A DNA stretch of 32,000 bases from Phycisphaera mikurensis NBRC 102666 (lineage in GTDB: Bacteria > Planctomycetota > Phycisphaerae > Phycisphaerales > Phycisphaeraceae): positions 3,570,001-3,602,000 of the forward strand of contig NC_017080.1 in assembly GCF_000284115.1 (NCBI RefSeq). Reading direction: 5' to 3'. The notes beneath the pieces are model-generated. The model searched no databases, was not told the DNA's origin, and saw only the letters and a list, made by a program, of their open reading frames with translations. This document shows positions 21,464 to 32,000 of the stretch, in pieces (positions within the stretch are counted from its first letter, which is position 1; every line of letters begins with the position of its first letter). The translations under genes and the position numbers were made by a program.

Positions 21464-22741
21464 ATGCAGAACACGCGGCCCTCCTCCTCGAACCCGCCGC
21501 CCCCCGCCGCCGCAGAGGGAGGCTCGTCCCGCCGCGTGTACCTGGACAGCAACGCGACGACGCGGCCGTCGGCGGCGGCGGTGGCGGCCGCCCGCCGGGG
21601 GATGGAGGAGGCCTGGGGCAACCCCTCCAGCGTGCACCGAACGGGGCAGGCGGCGCGCCGGGCGATGGAGCTCGCGCGGGCGCAAGTGGCCACGCTGATC
21701 GGGGCCAAGCCCGCCGAGGTGGTCTTCACCTCCGGCGGGACCGAGGCGAACCGGCTGGCCCTCGAGGGCGTGCTGCAGCTGGCGACCGGGCGGGGCCAGC
21801 CGGCGGTGCTGCTGACCACGCCGGTGGAGCACGCCGCGGTGCGGGAGCCCGCCGCGGCGTTGGAGCGGCGGGGCGTGGCCGTCCGGCGGCTGCCGGTGGA
21901 CGGCCACGGCGTGCTCGATCCCGACGACCTCGCGGCGGCCTACGGCGAAGCCCCCGAGGAAGCGGCCGTGCTCGCGAGCGTGCACTGGGCGAACAACGAG
22001 ACCGGCGTGATCCAGCCGATCGAGGCGCTCGCGGCCGTGGCCGCCGCCGCCGCGGCCGATCGGGCCGCGACGACACGCTTCCACACCGACGCGACGCAGG
22101 CGGTCGGCAAGCTCCCGGTGGACCTCCGCACCGGCGGCCCGCTCGACGGCGTGGATCTGCTGACCCTCTCCGCGCACAAGCTCTACGCGGTCAAGGGCAG
22201 CGGCGCCCTGTTCGTGCGGCGGCGCGTCCGCCTGGCGGGCGTCGCGTCCGGCGGGCCGCAGGAGCGTGGGCTGCGGGCGGGCACCGAGAACCTGGCGGGC
22301 ATCCTCGCGCTCGGGGCCGCGGCGGACGAGTCCGCGGCCTACCTGGCGGATCCCGCCGCGTCGGCCGGGCTCGCCGCCCGGCGGGACCGCTTCGAGGCCG
22401 CCGTCCGCGCGGCCATGCCCGGGGCGGTGGTCCCCGCTGGAGGCGCCCGCTTCGGCCGCCTCGCCAACACCGCCAACATCGCCTTCCCGGGCCTGCTCGC
22501 CGAGGCGATCCTCCTGGGCCTCTCCGAGCGCGGCGTCGACGCGAGCGCGGGCGCCGCCTGCTCCAGCGGTTCGCTCGAGCCCTCGCCGGTCCTGCTGGCG
22601 ATGGGCCTCGCCGAGCCGCTTGCGCACGGGTCGGTCCGCTTCTCGCTGTCCCGCCACACCACCGACGCGGAGCTCGACGAGGCGGTCGCCGCGCTCGCCG
22701 CCACCGTCGGACGCCTCGGCCGGCTGCTGCCGACGGGCTGA
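21464..22741 (+). CDS. Cysteine desulfurase (class V aminotransferase, NifS/IscS-like)
   Basis: VYLDSNATTRP, WGNPSSVH, FTSGGTEANRLAL, LSAHKLYAVKGSGALFVRR (PLP Lys) and SAGAACSSGS (catalytic Cys loop). Confidence 0.9.
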   Translation: MQNTRPSSSNPPPPAAAEGGSSRRVYLDSNATTRPSAAAVAAARRGMEEAWGNPSSVHRTGQAARRAMELARAQVATLIGAKPAEVVFTSGGTEANRLALEGVLQLATGRGQPAVLLTTPVEHAAVREPAAALERRGVAVRRLPVDGHGVLDPDDLAAAYGEAPEEAAVLASVHWANNETGVIQPIEALAAVAAAAAADRAATTRFHTDATQAVGKLPVDLRTGGPLDGVDLLTLSAHKLYAVKGSGALFVRRRVRLAGVASGGPQERGLRAGTENLAGILALGAAADESAAYLADPAASAGLAARRDRFEAAVRAAMPGAVVPAGGARFGRLANTANIAFPGLLAEAILLGLSERGVDASAGAACSSGSLEPSPVLLAMGLAEPLAHGSVRFSLSRHTTDAELDEAVAALAATVGRLGRLLPTG

Positions 22742-22893
22742 GGCTTCGTTTTCCTACGCTCCGCCGGAAGGACCGTGCAGCCCGCCCCGCCCCCCAGCTC
22801 GCCGCTTCCCCCCCACCCCGCCGCGTCGGCGGGGTGGCGCCGGGCGGCGGATGCCTCATCCGGCGCGACCCCGCGGAGGCCGTCTTGCAGCTG

Positions 22894-25305
22894 ATGAGCT
22901 GGACGCTCGCGCGGCTGGGCAGCCGCTTCTCGCTGCTCTTCGAGCCGCACCACCACCGCGTCCGGACCTCGGCGCTCGGCCGCTTCCTCGACGAGCCGAT
23001 CGACCTCGCCGTCGGCCTCATCGAGCCCGACGGGACGCACCGGGCGCTCCCGTTCACCCGGGAGGTCGCCCAGACGCGGACGACGCCGGGCCGGGGGCAG
23101 GACCGGTCGGCGACCCGCAAGGTGCGGCCCTTCGACAACGCCGAGCAGTTCGAGCGGATCAACTCGGTGACCTTCCGCGGGTACTCCTCGGCGTGGCGGC
23201 TGCGCTTCGAGTTCAACGTCCACGGCGTCTTCTACCCGCAGGACCGGGCGCTGTGCCTCTGCCCCGCCTTCTACCTGGAGATGCGGGTGCACGCGACCGG
23301 CCCGCAGCGGCACGCCCCCGCCGCCGGGCCGACGCCGACCAGCGTGCCGCTGTTCATCCGCGTGGGAGCGCCCGGCCGGGCGCCTTCCGCCAGCGCCCCC
23401 AACGATCGGCTGCCCCGGATCGACTTCGCCTACGCGAATCCCCTGCGGCCCGAGATGCACCCGCGGCACGAGGCGGCGGCGCGGCGGGACCACGCGGACT
23501 CCCCTCCCCCGCCCGCCGTGGCGAGCGTGCGGGAGCGGATCGTCTCGCTCAACCCGGGGGCCTGGCCGATCGACCCGGACCGCGAGGGCGGCGGCGGCGC
23601 CGGGCTGCGGCTCGACCTGCCGGTGAGCGACGCGGGCGAAGGCATCAAGTGGCGCCTGGTGTGGGCCGCTCACACCGCCGACCCGGTCATGAGCGTCCGC
23701 CGGGGGGCCGGGCCGCCCACGCCCGCCCGCCTCGCCTACACCGACACGCTGCCGGACCTCGACGCGGTGGTCGCCGACGCGATCGAGCACCGCGACGACC
23801 GCCTCGCCCTGTCGCGCCGCTTCGAGAAGCTCCTGGGCCAGGCGCCGCTGGACGCCCCGCAGCAGCACCTGCTCGCGCAGAGCTTCCAGACGTACCTGGG
23901 CAACACGTGGTGGTGCACGGGCGAGCTGCCGGCGGCGGAAACGCAGGCCGGCGCGGAGGCCGACGCGTCCGCGGGCGAGGCCGGGCCGGCGCCGCGGCTG
24001 AAGCTCGAGCCCGGCGAAGGCCGCCGCTTCCCGTGGTTCTCGGTGTGGGAGGGCTCGTCGCTGCTGCACTCCACCGTCGACGCGGAGTACAACAGCTCGC
24101 TGTTCGCCCTGTGCCTCTGGCCGGACCTGCTGGCGTTGCAGCTGCGGCAGTGGGCGGAGCGGCTCGAGCCGCACGCGGCCTCGGGCGGCGCGATCCTCCA
24201 GCACGATCTGGGATCGGGCAACGACGCGAGCGGGCAGGCCTCCCGCTACCGGATGGCCGTGGAGGAAAACAGCAACTTCCTGCTGCTGCTCCAGACGTAC
24301 ACCCGCTGGACCGGCGACCGCTCGGTGGCGCGGGCGCTGGCCGCGACCGCCAGCTCCCTCACCGCCTACCTGCTGTGGTGCGACCGCGAGAACGACGGCT
24401 TCCCCGACGACCCCGGGGAGAACACGATGATCGACGGCCCGGCGGCGCTGCGGCTGGCCCGCCGTCCCACCTACCCCGCGGTCAAGCGGCTGGCGGCGTT
24501 GCAGGCCTCCGCCGACCTCCTCCGCCTCGCCGGCCAGGACGACGCCGCGCGCGACACCGAGTCCATCGCCGACGCCGACGCGGCGAAGATCGAGTCCGCG
24601 GCCTGGCTCGGCGATCACTACGCCATCGCCGCCGACTCCTCCGCGCTCGAGCGGGTCGACCCCGACACCGGCAAACCGCTTCCCTTCGTGGAGATCGGCG
24701 GGACCGACGCGTACTCCATCCACACCTCCAACGGCCTGCTGCTGCCGGCGATGATCGGCCGGCCCGCGCTGCTCGACCGCGAGCGGCTGCTGACCGACCT
24801 GATCTCCGCGGACCGCGAGTGCGCCAGCCGCTACGGCGGGGGCCATTCCTCGGACGCGGTGGAGAACCTGCGGGTGTCGCTGAACCTCTGGCGCGACCTC
24901 TTCGCCCGCTACGCCGGGCTCTCGGGCGTGTCCTCGGCCGGCCGCTACTGGGACCTTCAGGTCATCAGCAACACCGCCGGCAACTCGATGGGCTTCGCCG
25001 ACGCGTACATGAACGACGAGCTCAGCCACTACCCCCGCGGCGTGGTGTGCCTGGGCTGGTTCCTCGCCACGCCACGCCTGACGATCGACCGACTCGCCCC
25101 CGCCGGGCCCTACCTCACGGTCAACCCCGACCGGCACGCGGCGCAGCGCTGGCCGCTGCTCCCGCTGGCGGATTGGTCCGCGGGCAAGGTGCCGGTCTGC
25201 GTCGTCAGCCCGCGCGGCGACGTCCACATCGAGGCCCCGACCGATCCGGTCATCGTGCACGGGGCGGTGGACTCGGATCCGGAAGAGATCGAGTTCATCG
25301 GGTAG
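22894..25305 (+). CDS. Large hypothetical protein, divergent glycoside hydrolase family 52 (beta-xylosidase family)-like, (alpha/alpha)6-type
   Basis: 803 aa from ATG 22894; the track ORF from 21376 overlaps the desulfurase gene. From memory of Geobacillus XynB2-type GH52 sequences the motif order matches. N-terminal LFEPHHHRV...ALPF corresponds to FFNAHHSPV...VLPF. QSFQTYLGNTWW corresponds to RSYYGNTQL. WFSVWEGSSLLHSTVDAEYNSSLFALCLWP corresponds to [29 protein letters not shown]. C-terminal HYPRGVVCLGW corresponds to YYPRGVTSILW. The family call rests on recollection, not a search. Confidence 0.6.
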   Translation: MSWTLARLGSRFSLLFEPHHHRVRTSALGRFLDEPIDLAVGLIEPDGTHRALPFTREVAQTRTTPGRGQDRSATRKVRPFDNAEQFERINSVTFRGYSSAWRLRFEFNVHGVFYPQDRALCLCPAFYLEMRVHATGPQRHAPAAGPTPTSVPLFIRVGAPGRAPSASAPNDRLPRIDFAYANPLRPEMHPRHEAAARRDHADSPPPPAVASVRERIVSLNPGAWPIDPDREGGGGAGLRLDLPVSDAGEGIKWRLVWAAHTADPVMSVRRGAGPPTPARLAYTDTLPDLDAVVADAIEHRDDRLALSRRFEKLLGQAPLDAPQQHLLAQSFQTYLGNTWWCTGELPAAETQAGAEADASAGEAGPAPRLKLEPGEGRRFPWFSVWEGSSLLHSTVDAEYNSSLFALCLWPDLLALQLRQWAERLEPHAASGGAILQHDLGSGNDASGQASRYRMAVEENSNFLLLLQTYTRWTGDRSVARALAATASSLTAYLLWCDRENDGFPDDPGENTMIDGPAALRLARRPTYPAVKRLAALQASADLLRLAGQDDAARDTESIADADAAKIESAAWLGDHYAIAADSSALERVDPDTGKPLPFVEIGGTDAYSIHTSNGLLLPAMIGRPALLDRERLLTDLISADRECASRYGGGHSSDAVENLRVSLNLWRDLFARYAGLSGVSSAGRYWDLQVISNTAGNSMGFADAYMNDELSHYPRGVVCLGWFLATPRLTIDRLAPAGPYLTVNPDRHAAQRWPLLPLADWSAGKVPVCVVSPRGDVHIEAPTDPVIVHGAVDSDPEEIEFIG

Positions 25306-25593
25306 CCGATCGCCGACGCGCGTGGTTTGCGCCGGTCCGTCGCCGCGCGTGCCGAGACGCCGGCGTGGAGCTCGCCGGTCGTGCTCCGGGAGGTGCCGGG
25401 CACGCCCCGCGAGCCCGCGGGTGCCCGCGGGCCGGACGCCCGGCGGGCTCCCGCGGACCGCGGTCGTTTCGGAACCAAAAGCCCGACGGTCCGCGGGATC
25501 CGCGTCGGGAGGCGCGGCGGCGCCGCCCCGAGCACGCGGCGACGGCCGCCGCTCCCGCCGGGGACGCCCGATCGTTTCCAGACGCGGCCCAAA

Positions 25594-25627
25594 GCCGCGG
25601 GCGGAGCCTTTGGACCCCGCCCGCGGC
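25594..25627 (-). terminator. Candidate intrinsic terminator of the DUF11 lipoprotein gene
   Basis: GCCGCGGGCGG-(12-nt loop)-CCGCCCGCGGC forms an 11-bp perfect stem about 40 nt downstream of the minus-strand stop (25669). On the minus strand the hairpin is followed by TTTGGG. An 11-bp GC stem is not rare by chance at this GC content, so support is mainly positional. Confidence 0.4.
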
Positions 25628-25668
25628 GCTGTCTCAAGATTCAGCGGAGCCCCGCAGGGGGCGGTGAC

Positions 25669-27378
25669 TCACTCGTAGAGGTTCGTCGACTCCGTCTCCG
25701 AAACCGGACGGCCCAGCTGGTCGCTGTTCATCGTGACCTGGAAGCGGGCGTCGGCCTTGCTCTCGGCCTTGACGGTGAGCCGCCAAGTGGAGGCGTCGCC
25801 GGGGGCCAGCTCGGGCACCGACTGCATCGTCACGGTGCCGCCCTCGGCGGTGACCTCCGAGGAGCCGGTGCCGCTGACGAAGCTCATCGAGTCCTCGAGC
25901 TCGCAGACGATCGAGACGTTCGTGTCCCGCGCCGAACCCTGGTTCGTCACCGTGATGACGTAGACGGTCTCGTCACCGACGGTCACCGGGTCCACCTCGT
26001 CGACAACCTCCATCAGAAGCGCCGGGATGCCCTGCAGGTCCGTCTCGGCCTGGGCGGTCGCCTCGGCGGCGCAGTCGGCCCGGGCGGCCGCGGTGGTGCG
26101 GACCGGAGCCCGCTGCGTGCCGGAGAGGTCCAGCGAGACGGTCCGCTCCGCGCCGGCGGCCAGCTCGTTGAGCTGCCACGTCACCGCGCCGCGCTCGCCG
26201 CTGCGGGTGCCGCCGTTGTCCACCGACGCGATGGTCACGCTCGGGGGCACGACCACCGTGACGACGGTCCGCGGGGCGGGGCCGTCACCGATGTTCTTGA
26301 CCGTGTAGGTGTGCGTGAAGGGCCGGCCGATGAAACGCATCTCCGGCGCTTCGGCCGTGATCTCGAGGCGGGCTTCGGTCACGGCGGTCGTCACCGCGTC
26401 GGCTTCGGCCGAGAGGCCGTTGGCGCCGGTCGCCTCGCCGGCGAGCTCGACGCTGCCGGTGGTCGACGGGCGGACGACCCGCTTGAACTCCAGCGTCTTG
26501 CCCGCCGGCACGTCGCCCACGTCGATGCGGACCTCGCTCTCACCCCCGTCGAGCGTCACGCCCGCCGGCAGCGCCTCCCGCACGACGACGCCGCGGGCGG
26601 TGCCCGTGCCGTCGTTCGAAACCGCGTAGATCACCTCGTAGCCGGCGCACTGCAGCGTCGTCTCCGGGGCCCGCAGGGCGAGGTTCAGCGCCGGGCTGAC
26701 GACGGCCAGCTGCGAGCACAGCGTCGGGTCGTAGCTGACGGTGGAGCACTGGCGGATCGGCTTCGCCTCGTTGGCCACGGCGGAGACGCGGATCGTCTGC
26801 GAGGCGTTCGCGGCGAGGTTCAGGTTCCACTTCGCTTCGCCGCCGCTCTCGCTGGAGGGCTCGGGCGTGGCCGAACGGATCTCCATGTGATCCGGCACCG
26901 GCTCGTTCACCACGACGCCGTCGATGGGCTCGCCGGTGAGGTTGGTGACCTTGATCATGTAATCGAAGGGCTTGTCCAGGGCGACCTCGGCGGGCAGCTG
27001 CTTCTCGACGAGCAGGCTCGAGGTCGAACGCTCCCCGGTGGGGTAGAGCAGCGTCAGCGGGGCACCGGCGGGCGCGGCCGAAGCCGAGGAAGAGGCGTCA
27101 CCGCCGCCGCCGCCGCCGCTGTTGCTGTTGCCGGTGAAGCCAGCCGTGCGCACGCCCGGCCGGCCCTGGCCGTCGATGCGGAGGCCGTCGGCCGCCGAAG
27201 CGGGGCTGTTGCGCCCGGCCGTGTCGGTCACGCTGGGCGCGGAGCCGGGCGTGTCGTCCGCCGTGCGGTTGCCTGCGCAGCCGGAGAGCCCGAGGAAGAG
27301 GGCCCCGCCCAGCGCCAGCGCCGGGGCGAAGCGTGCGGTGCGGGGGAGGTTGGGAGCGTTCGCGTCCATGTGAATCAT
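25669..27378 (-). CDS. DUF11-repeat (OmcB-like) lipoprotein
   Basis: Signal peptide plus lipobox ([18 protein letters not shown]), then a Gly/Ser-rich linker. At least four DUF11-type repeats follow ([26 protein letters not shown]; [26 protein letters not shown]; [26 protein letters not shown]; [26 protein letters not shown]). Confidence 0.85.
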   Translation of the reverse strand: MIHMDANAPNLPRTARFAPALALGGALFLGLSGCAGNRTADDTPGSAPSVTDTAGRNSPASAADGLRIDGQGRPGVRTAGFTGNSNSGGGGGGDASSSASAAPAGAPLTLLYPTGERSTSSLLVEKQLPAEVALDKPFDYMIKVTNLTGEPIDGVVVNEPVPDHMEIRSATPEPSSESGGEAKWNLNLAANASQTIRVSAVANEAKPIRQCSTVSYDPTLCSQLAVVSPALNLALRAPETTLQCAGYEVIYAVSNDGTGTARGVVVREALPAGVTLDGGESEVRIDVGDVPAGKTLEFKRVVRPSTTGSVELAGEATGANGLSAEADAVTTAVTEARLEITAEAPEMRFIGRPFTHTYTVKNIGDGPAPRTVVTVVVPPSVTIASVDNGGTRSGERGAVTWQLNELAAGAERTVSLDLSGTQRAPVRTTAAARADCAAEATAQAETDLQGIPALLMEVVDEVDPVTVGDETVYVITVTNQGSARDTNVSIVCELEDSMSFVSGTGSSEVTAEGGTVTMQSVPELAPGDASTWRLTVKAESKADARFQVTMNSDQLGRPVSETESTNLYE

Positions 27379-27580
27379 CGTCTCCGAAAGAGGTTGCAGT
27401 CGTCCGCGGCGGGCGACGCCCGGCGGACCCCCCGCACGCGCGGGAAGGGCCTTTCGGCTGAAGTCGCTCCAGCCGTCCCCTTCTGACTCTAGAGGTGTGC
27501 CTGCGGATCACAAGACCTCGCCTCGATCAGCGGCCCGATCCGGGCGAGACCCACCCACCGGCGCTACGATCCGCCGCACC

Positions 27581-28504
27581 ATGGCCGTGAAGTTCGAGGA
27601 CTACTACAAGCTGCTCGGCGTCGAGCGTTCCGCGCCCGCCGACGAGATCAAGGCGGCGTACCGCAAGCTCGCGCGGAAGCTGCACCCCGACGTCAACAAG
27701 GACGATCCAACGGCCGCGGAGCGGTTCGGCAAGGTCAGCGAGGCCTACGAGGTGCTGTCCGATCCCGACAAGCGGGAGAAGTACAACCGGCTCGGCGAGC
27801 ACTGGAAGCACGGCCAAAACATCGGCCCCGACGACTTCGGCTTCCGCGGCGGCCGCGGCGCGGGCCCGGGCGGGCCCGGCGGCGGCGGCTTCCACTTCAC
27901 CGGGGCCGACTCCAGCGACTTCTTCGAGAGCCTCTTCGGCCAGCGGCCCGGCGGCCGCTCGCGCGGCGGCGGGGACCCCTTCGGCGGCTTCGGCGGCGGC
28001 GGCCGGGCCGCCCCGCCGCCGCGGGACCAGGAGCACGAGATCGAGATCGACCTCGCCGACGCGGCCCGCGGCGCCTCGATGACCCTCACCGTGCAGGGCG
28101 AGATGGCCAAGAGCAGGCAGCTCGACGTCAACATCCCGCGCGGCGTGAAGGACGGCAGCGTCATCCGCCTCAAGGGCCAGGGCTTGCGGCTGAGGATCCG
28201 GCTCAAGAAGCACCCGCGCTTCGACGTCGACGGCCACAACCTCACCGCCGAGGTGCCGATCGATCCGGCCACCGCGGCCCTCGGCGGCAAGGTCGACGTG
28301 CCCACCCTCGACGGCGACGTCGAGATGTCGGTTCCGCCCGGCGCCTCCAGCGGCGCCCGCCTCCGCCTCCGCGGGAAGGGCCTGCCGACGTCGGCCTCGG
28401 GTGAGGGAGCCGGCGACCTCTTCGCCCGCCTCAAGATCGTCGTCCCACGCGACCTGACCGACGCCCAACGCGCCGCCTACGAGGCGCTCCGCGCCGCAGA
28501 CTGA
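27581..28504 (+). CDS. cbpA: J-domain co-chaperone, CbpA-type (DnaJ class II, no zinc finger)
   Basis: I prefer ATG 27581: [69 protein letters not shown] (J domain with HPD), then a G/F-rich linker, then DnaJ C-terminal domains (IRLKGQG...VPTLDG...LRLRGKGLP...[12 protein letters not shown]). There are no CxxCxGxG repeats. Confidence 0.9.
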   Translation: MAVKFEDYYKLLGVERSAPADEIKAAYRKLARKLHPDVNKDDPTAAERFGKVSEAYEVLSDPDKREKYNRLGEHWKHGQNIGPDDFGFRGGRGAGPGGPGGGGFHFTGADSSDFFESLFGQRPGGRSRGGGDPFGGFGGGGRAAPPPRDQEHEIEIDLADAARGASMTLTVQGEMAKSRQLDVNIPRGVKDGSVIRLKGQGLRLRIRLKKHPRFDVDGHNLTAEVPIDPATAALGGKVDVPTLDGDVEMSVPPGASSGARLRLRGKGLPTSASGEGAGDLFARLKIVVPRDLTDAQRAAYEALRAAD

Positions 28505-28628
28505 CTCGCTTCCGTGGCGTCGGGCTCGCCCGAGAAGCCCCGGAGCTCCCGGCTCGCCGGGTCGGCGCAGGACCGGCGGGCGGGCCCGACGCCACGAGCC
28601 CCCGAACCCGCCCCGCCCGAAAGACGCC

Positions 28629-31253
<2,625 letters not shown>

Positions 31254-31311
31254 CCCGCAGCCCCGGGCGAGAGCGGGCGGAGAGCGGGCCGGCCTGCCGC
31301 TCGCTCCCGCC

Positions 31312-31920
31312 TCACCGCTTCCGCTGGAGCACCAGGTCCCCCGTGCTCCGGTAGGTCAGCAGCAGCGCCCCCGTCGCGGCGGCCGCTTCGAACACCGCTT
31401 CCACCACGGCCTCCTCTCCGGGCCACGGGTAGGCGTAGACGAGGGCGGCGTCCGAGGGATCCAGCCCCAACGCGTCGTGCCCGTCGGCCAGCCCGGTCGC
31501 CAGCGTCGCCAGATCGTCGGCGACGTCCGCGAGGCCGTCGTGCTCGGGCGGGATGAAGCTGCCGTGGGCGAAGGCGACGGCGAGGCCGTGCGACGCGGCG
31601 AGGTCCTCGGCCTCCTCCACGAGCGCGGCTTGGGCCTCGATCCCCGCGGAGTCGAAACCAAGCGTCGCCGCGAGGCATGCGGCGACGCCGACGCCCGAGC
31701 CCCACTCCAAGAAGTTCGAGCCCGGCGCGAGCCGGCCGCCGCGGACCGCGGCAAGCCCGGCGTGCACCCACGCGTAATCCGCGGGCACGAAGGAGCCCAA
31801 GCCTTCGGGATCACGCCGACGGAGGTCGTCGATGCGGGTGTCGGCATCCGCGAGCAGACGCTCCGTGGCGGGTGGGAGCGGTGCCGCGGCCGGAGTGAAA
31901 GGCACCTCGATCAGCGGCAT
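31312..31920 (-). CDS. Hypothetical protein, class I SAM-dependent methyltransferase-like
   Basis: 202 aa. NFLEWGSGVGVAACLAATLGFDSAGIE resembles SAM-binding motif I plus the post-I acidic residue. No other diagnostic motifs were recognised. Confidence 0.5.
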   Translation of the reverse strand: MPLIEVPFTPAAAPLPPATERLLADADTRIDDLRRRDPEGLGSFVPADYAWVHAGLAAVRGGRLAPGSNFLEWGSGVGVAACLAATLGFDSAGIEAQAALVEEAEDLAASHGLAVAFAHGSFIPPEHDGLADVADDLATLATGLADGHDALGLDPSDAALVYAYPWPGEEAVVEAVFEAAAATGALLLTYRSTGDLVLQRKR

Positions 31921-31955
31921 CGGCGGACGCTCCGGATCCGCCCCGGGGGCGGGGT

Positions 31956-32000
31956 TCAGCGGCTGAGCCGGACGATCGTGCCCGTGGCGGGCAGGTCGCC
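31956..32000 (-). CDS. 3' end (last 14 codons + stop) of an unidentified gene entering from the right window edge
   Basis: The minus strand reads ...GDLPATGTIVRLSR-TGA (stop = tca at 31956..31958), in frame to position 32000. It is too short to identify. Confidence 0.25.
   Translation of the reverse strand, partial: GDLPATGTIVRLSR

Noticed and set aside
27095-27125. A GCC/GCCGCC simple-sequence run (about 27099..27117), considered as a microsatellite or phase-variation tract.
   Set aside because: It is in frame within the DUF11 lipoprotein linker and encodes a poly-Gly stretch ([12 protein letters not shown]). Being trinucleotide-based, length changes would not shift the frame.
27379-28628. 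Heat-shock operators (CIRCE TTAGCACTC-N9-GAGTGCTAA; HAIR CTTGAGT-N7-ACTCAAG) or a sigma-32-type promoter upstream of cbpA and clpB.
   Set aside because: I scanned both spacers by eye. There are no CIRCE or HAIR half-sites, and the CTTGAG/CTCAAG occurrences in the window are all inside coding regions elsewhere. No convincing CTTGAA/CCCCAT promoter pair was seen.

Overview
This is a very GC-rich (roughly 70%+) bacterial chromosomal window, densely packed with genes on both strands. The gene content (a PEP-CTERM protein, a DUF11/OmcB-like lipoprotein, an IS200-like Y1 transposase, a Kelch-SSS transporter fusion) suggests Planctomycetota/Phycisphaerae, but that is inference only. Most long ORFs in the six-frame track are stop-codon-poor GC artefacts (Arg/Ala/Gly/Pro-rich, overlapping genes with recognisable motifs). 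About 27 credible genes remain: araB (partial), a PIG-L/BshB-like deacetylase, egtB, a Kelch-SSS transporter, a LacI regulator, egtD, a COG3608-type deacylase, a PEP-CTERM protein, a HAD hydrolase, a PAS/degenerate-kinase protein, ruvC, a small EPS set (sugar transferase, GT4, GmhA-like SIS), tRNA-Leu(GAG), lysC, a cysteine desulfurase, an 803-aa GH52-like protein, a DUF11 lipoprotein, cbpA, clpB and a methyltransferase-like gene. The most unusual part is 2.1-11.1 kb. Three different mobile elements (an IS5/IS1182-like IS, a RAYT-type Y1 transposase bracketed by perfect 23-bp inverted repeats, and an IS630 element with an A_AAA_AAC frameshift site) sit in and around a split two-gene ergothioneine locus (egtB ... 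egtD). Other items worth a second look are a GT4 gene whose conserved N-terminus has ATC where ATG is expected, a histidine-kinase-like protein lacking the phospho-acceptor His, and the divergent GH52-like protein. I found no CRISPR array, recognisable defence system, prophage or clearly novel multi-gene system. All family assignments come from motif recognition by eye and need HMM or BLAST confirmation.
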